Shown here: positions 44,985 through 45,537 of the stretch, piece by piece
Numbering within the stretch: the first letter of the stretch is position 1
Layout of the letters: the number at the start of each line of letters is the position of its first letter
Assembly: GCA_965648905.1 (NCBI GenBank)
Contig: CBFGIT010000021.1
Location: forward strand, 1 to 45,537
DNA from: a candidate division WOR-3 bacterium
GTDB taxonomy: Bacteria > Hydrothermota > Tepidihabitantia > Tepidihabitantales > Tepidihabitantaceae
Direction: 5' to 3'
Length of the DNA stretch: 45,537 bases
Program-made: the position numbers and the translations under genes
The notes under the pieces: model-generated
Databases searched by the model: none
What the model was told of the DNA's origin: nothing
The model's input: only the letters and a program-made list of their open reading frames with translations

Positions 44985-45537
44985 CTATTTCACCAGCACA
45001 ATCCGGGTAATGCTGCCGGTCTGGGGCCGGACAAAGTAGACTCCAGGCGCGAGTGCGGCCAGGTCGTTTGCGCCGGGCCGAAGCTCCATCACATTGCGAC
45101 CGTCGGAAGTGATGAGTGATGAGTGATGAGTAATGAGCGAAGCGGGCAGATGCAGTACGCCGCGGACGACCGTCGGCGCGGGGTTCGGCATTCGGGGTTC
45201 GGGGTTCGGCGTCTCCTCGACCCCACCGCCGAGAAACTCGATGATGCGCAAGCCGGCATTGTAGTCCGCCACATAGGCATAGTTCCCGGACACGGCCACG
45301 CCATAGGCATCGCCCGGCGTGTTGTAGTACCCGGCCTCATCCGGGCTTTGCGGGTTTGAGACGTTGATGATCCGCAGGCCCTCCCAGACGTCTGCCACAT
45401 AGGCATAGTTCCCGGACACGGCCACGCCACAGGCATAGCCCGGCGTGTTACGGTGCCCGGTCTCAAACGGGCTTTGCGGGTTTGAGACGTTGATGATGCG
45501 CAGACCGGAATCGCCGTCCGCCACATAGGCATAGGTG
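44985..45537 (-). CDS. LVIVD-repeat protein with C-terminal sorting domain, 5'-truncated by window edge
   Basis: [16 protein letters not shown] repeats with 126-nt period; LAPGVYFVR; frame open to window end. Confidence 0.88.
   Translation of the reverse strand, partial: TYAYVADGDSGLRIINVSNPQSPFETGHRNTPGYACGVAVSGNYAYVADVWEGLRIINVSNPQSPDEAGYYNTPGDAYGVAVSGNYAYVADYNAGLRIIEFLGGGVEETPNPEPRMPNPAPTVVRGVLHLPASLITHHSSLITSDGRNVMELRPGANDLAALAPGVYFVRPQTGSITRIVLVK

Overview
GC-rich bacterial chromosomal segment. Gene style suggests an FCB-related uncultured lineage such as candidate division WOR-3 (inference). It holds about 38 CDS and two tRNAs (Leu-CAA, Phe-GAA). Housekeeping genes include purM, purD, lipB, lpdA, acyl-CoA dehydrogenase, a serA-like gene, rpsT and a tryptophanase-like lyase. 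Surface/secretion genes include a PorV-like barrel, seven proteins with a T9SS-type C-terminal sorting domain, two TMTC-like GT-C/TPR proteins and a GT4/flippase/YfhO cluster. Highlights: (1) an exported TlpA-like redoxin that the ORF track splits but which reads as one gene with a UxxC selenocysteine motif and a SECIS-like hairpin; (2) two intergenic arrays with strict 12-nt phasing and a shared flanking motif; (3) a dispersed family of 7-nt tandem repeats that also occurs inside coding sequence; (4) a composite repeat island with a duplicated 48-bp element; (5) a candidate nested structured RNA; (6) probable CTG starts and leaderless transcripts. No CRISPR array, integrase, transposase or rRNA was seen.
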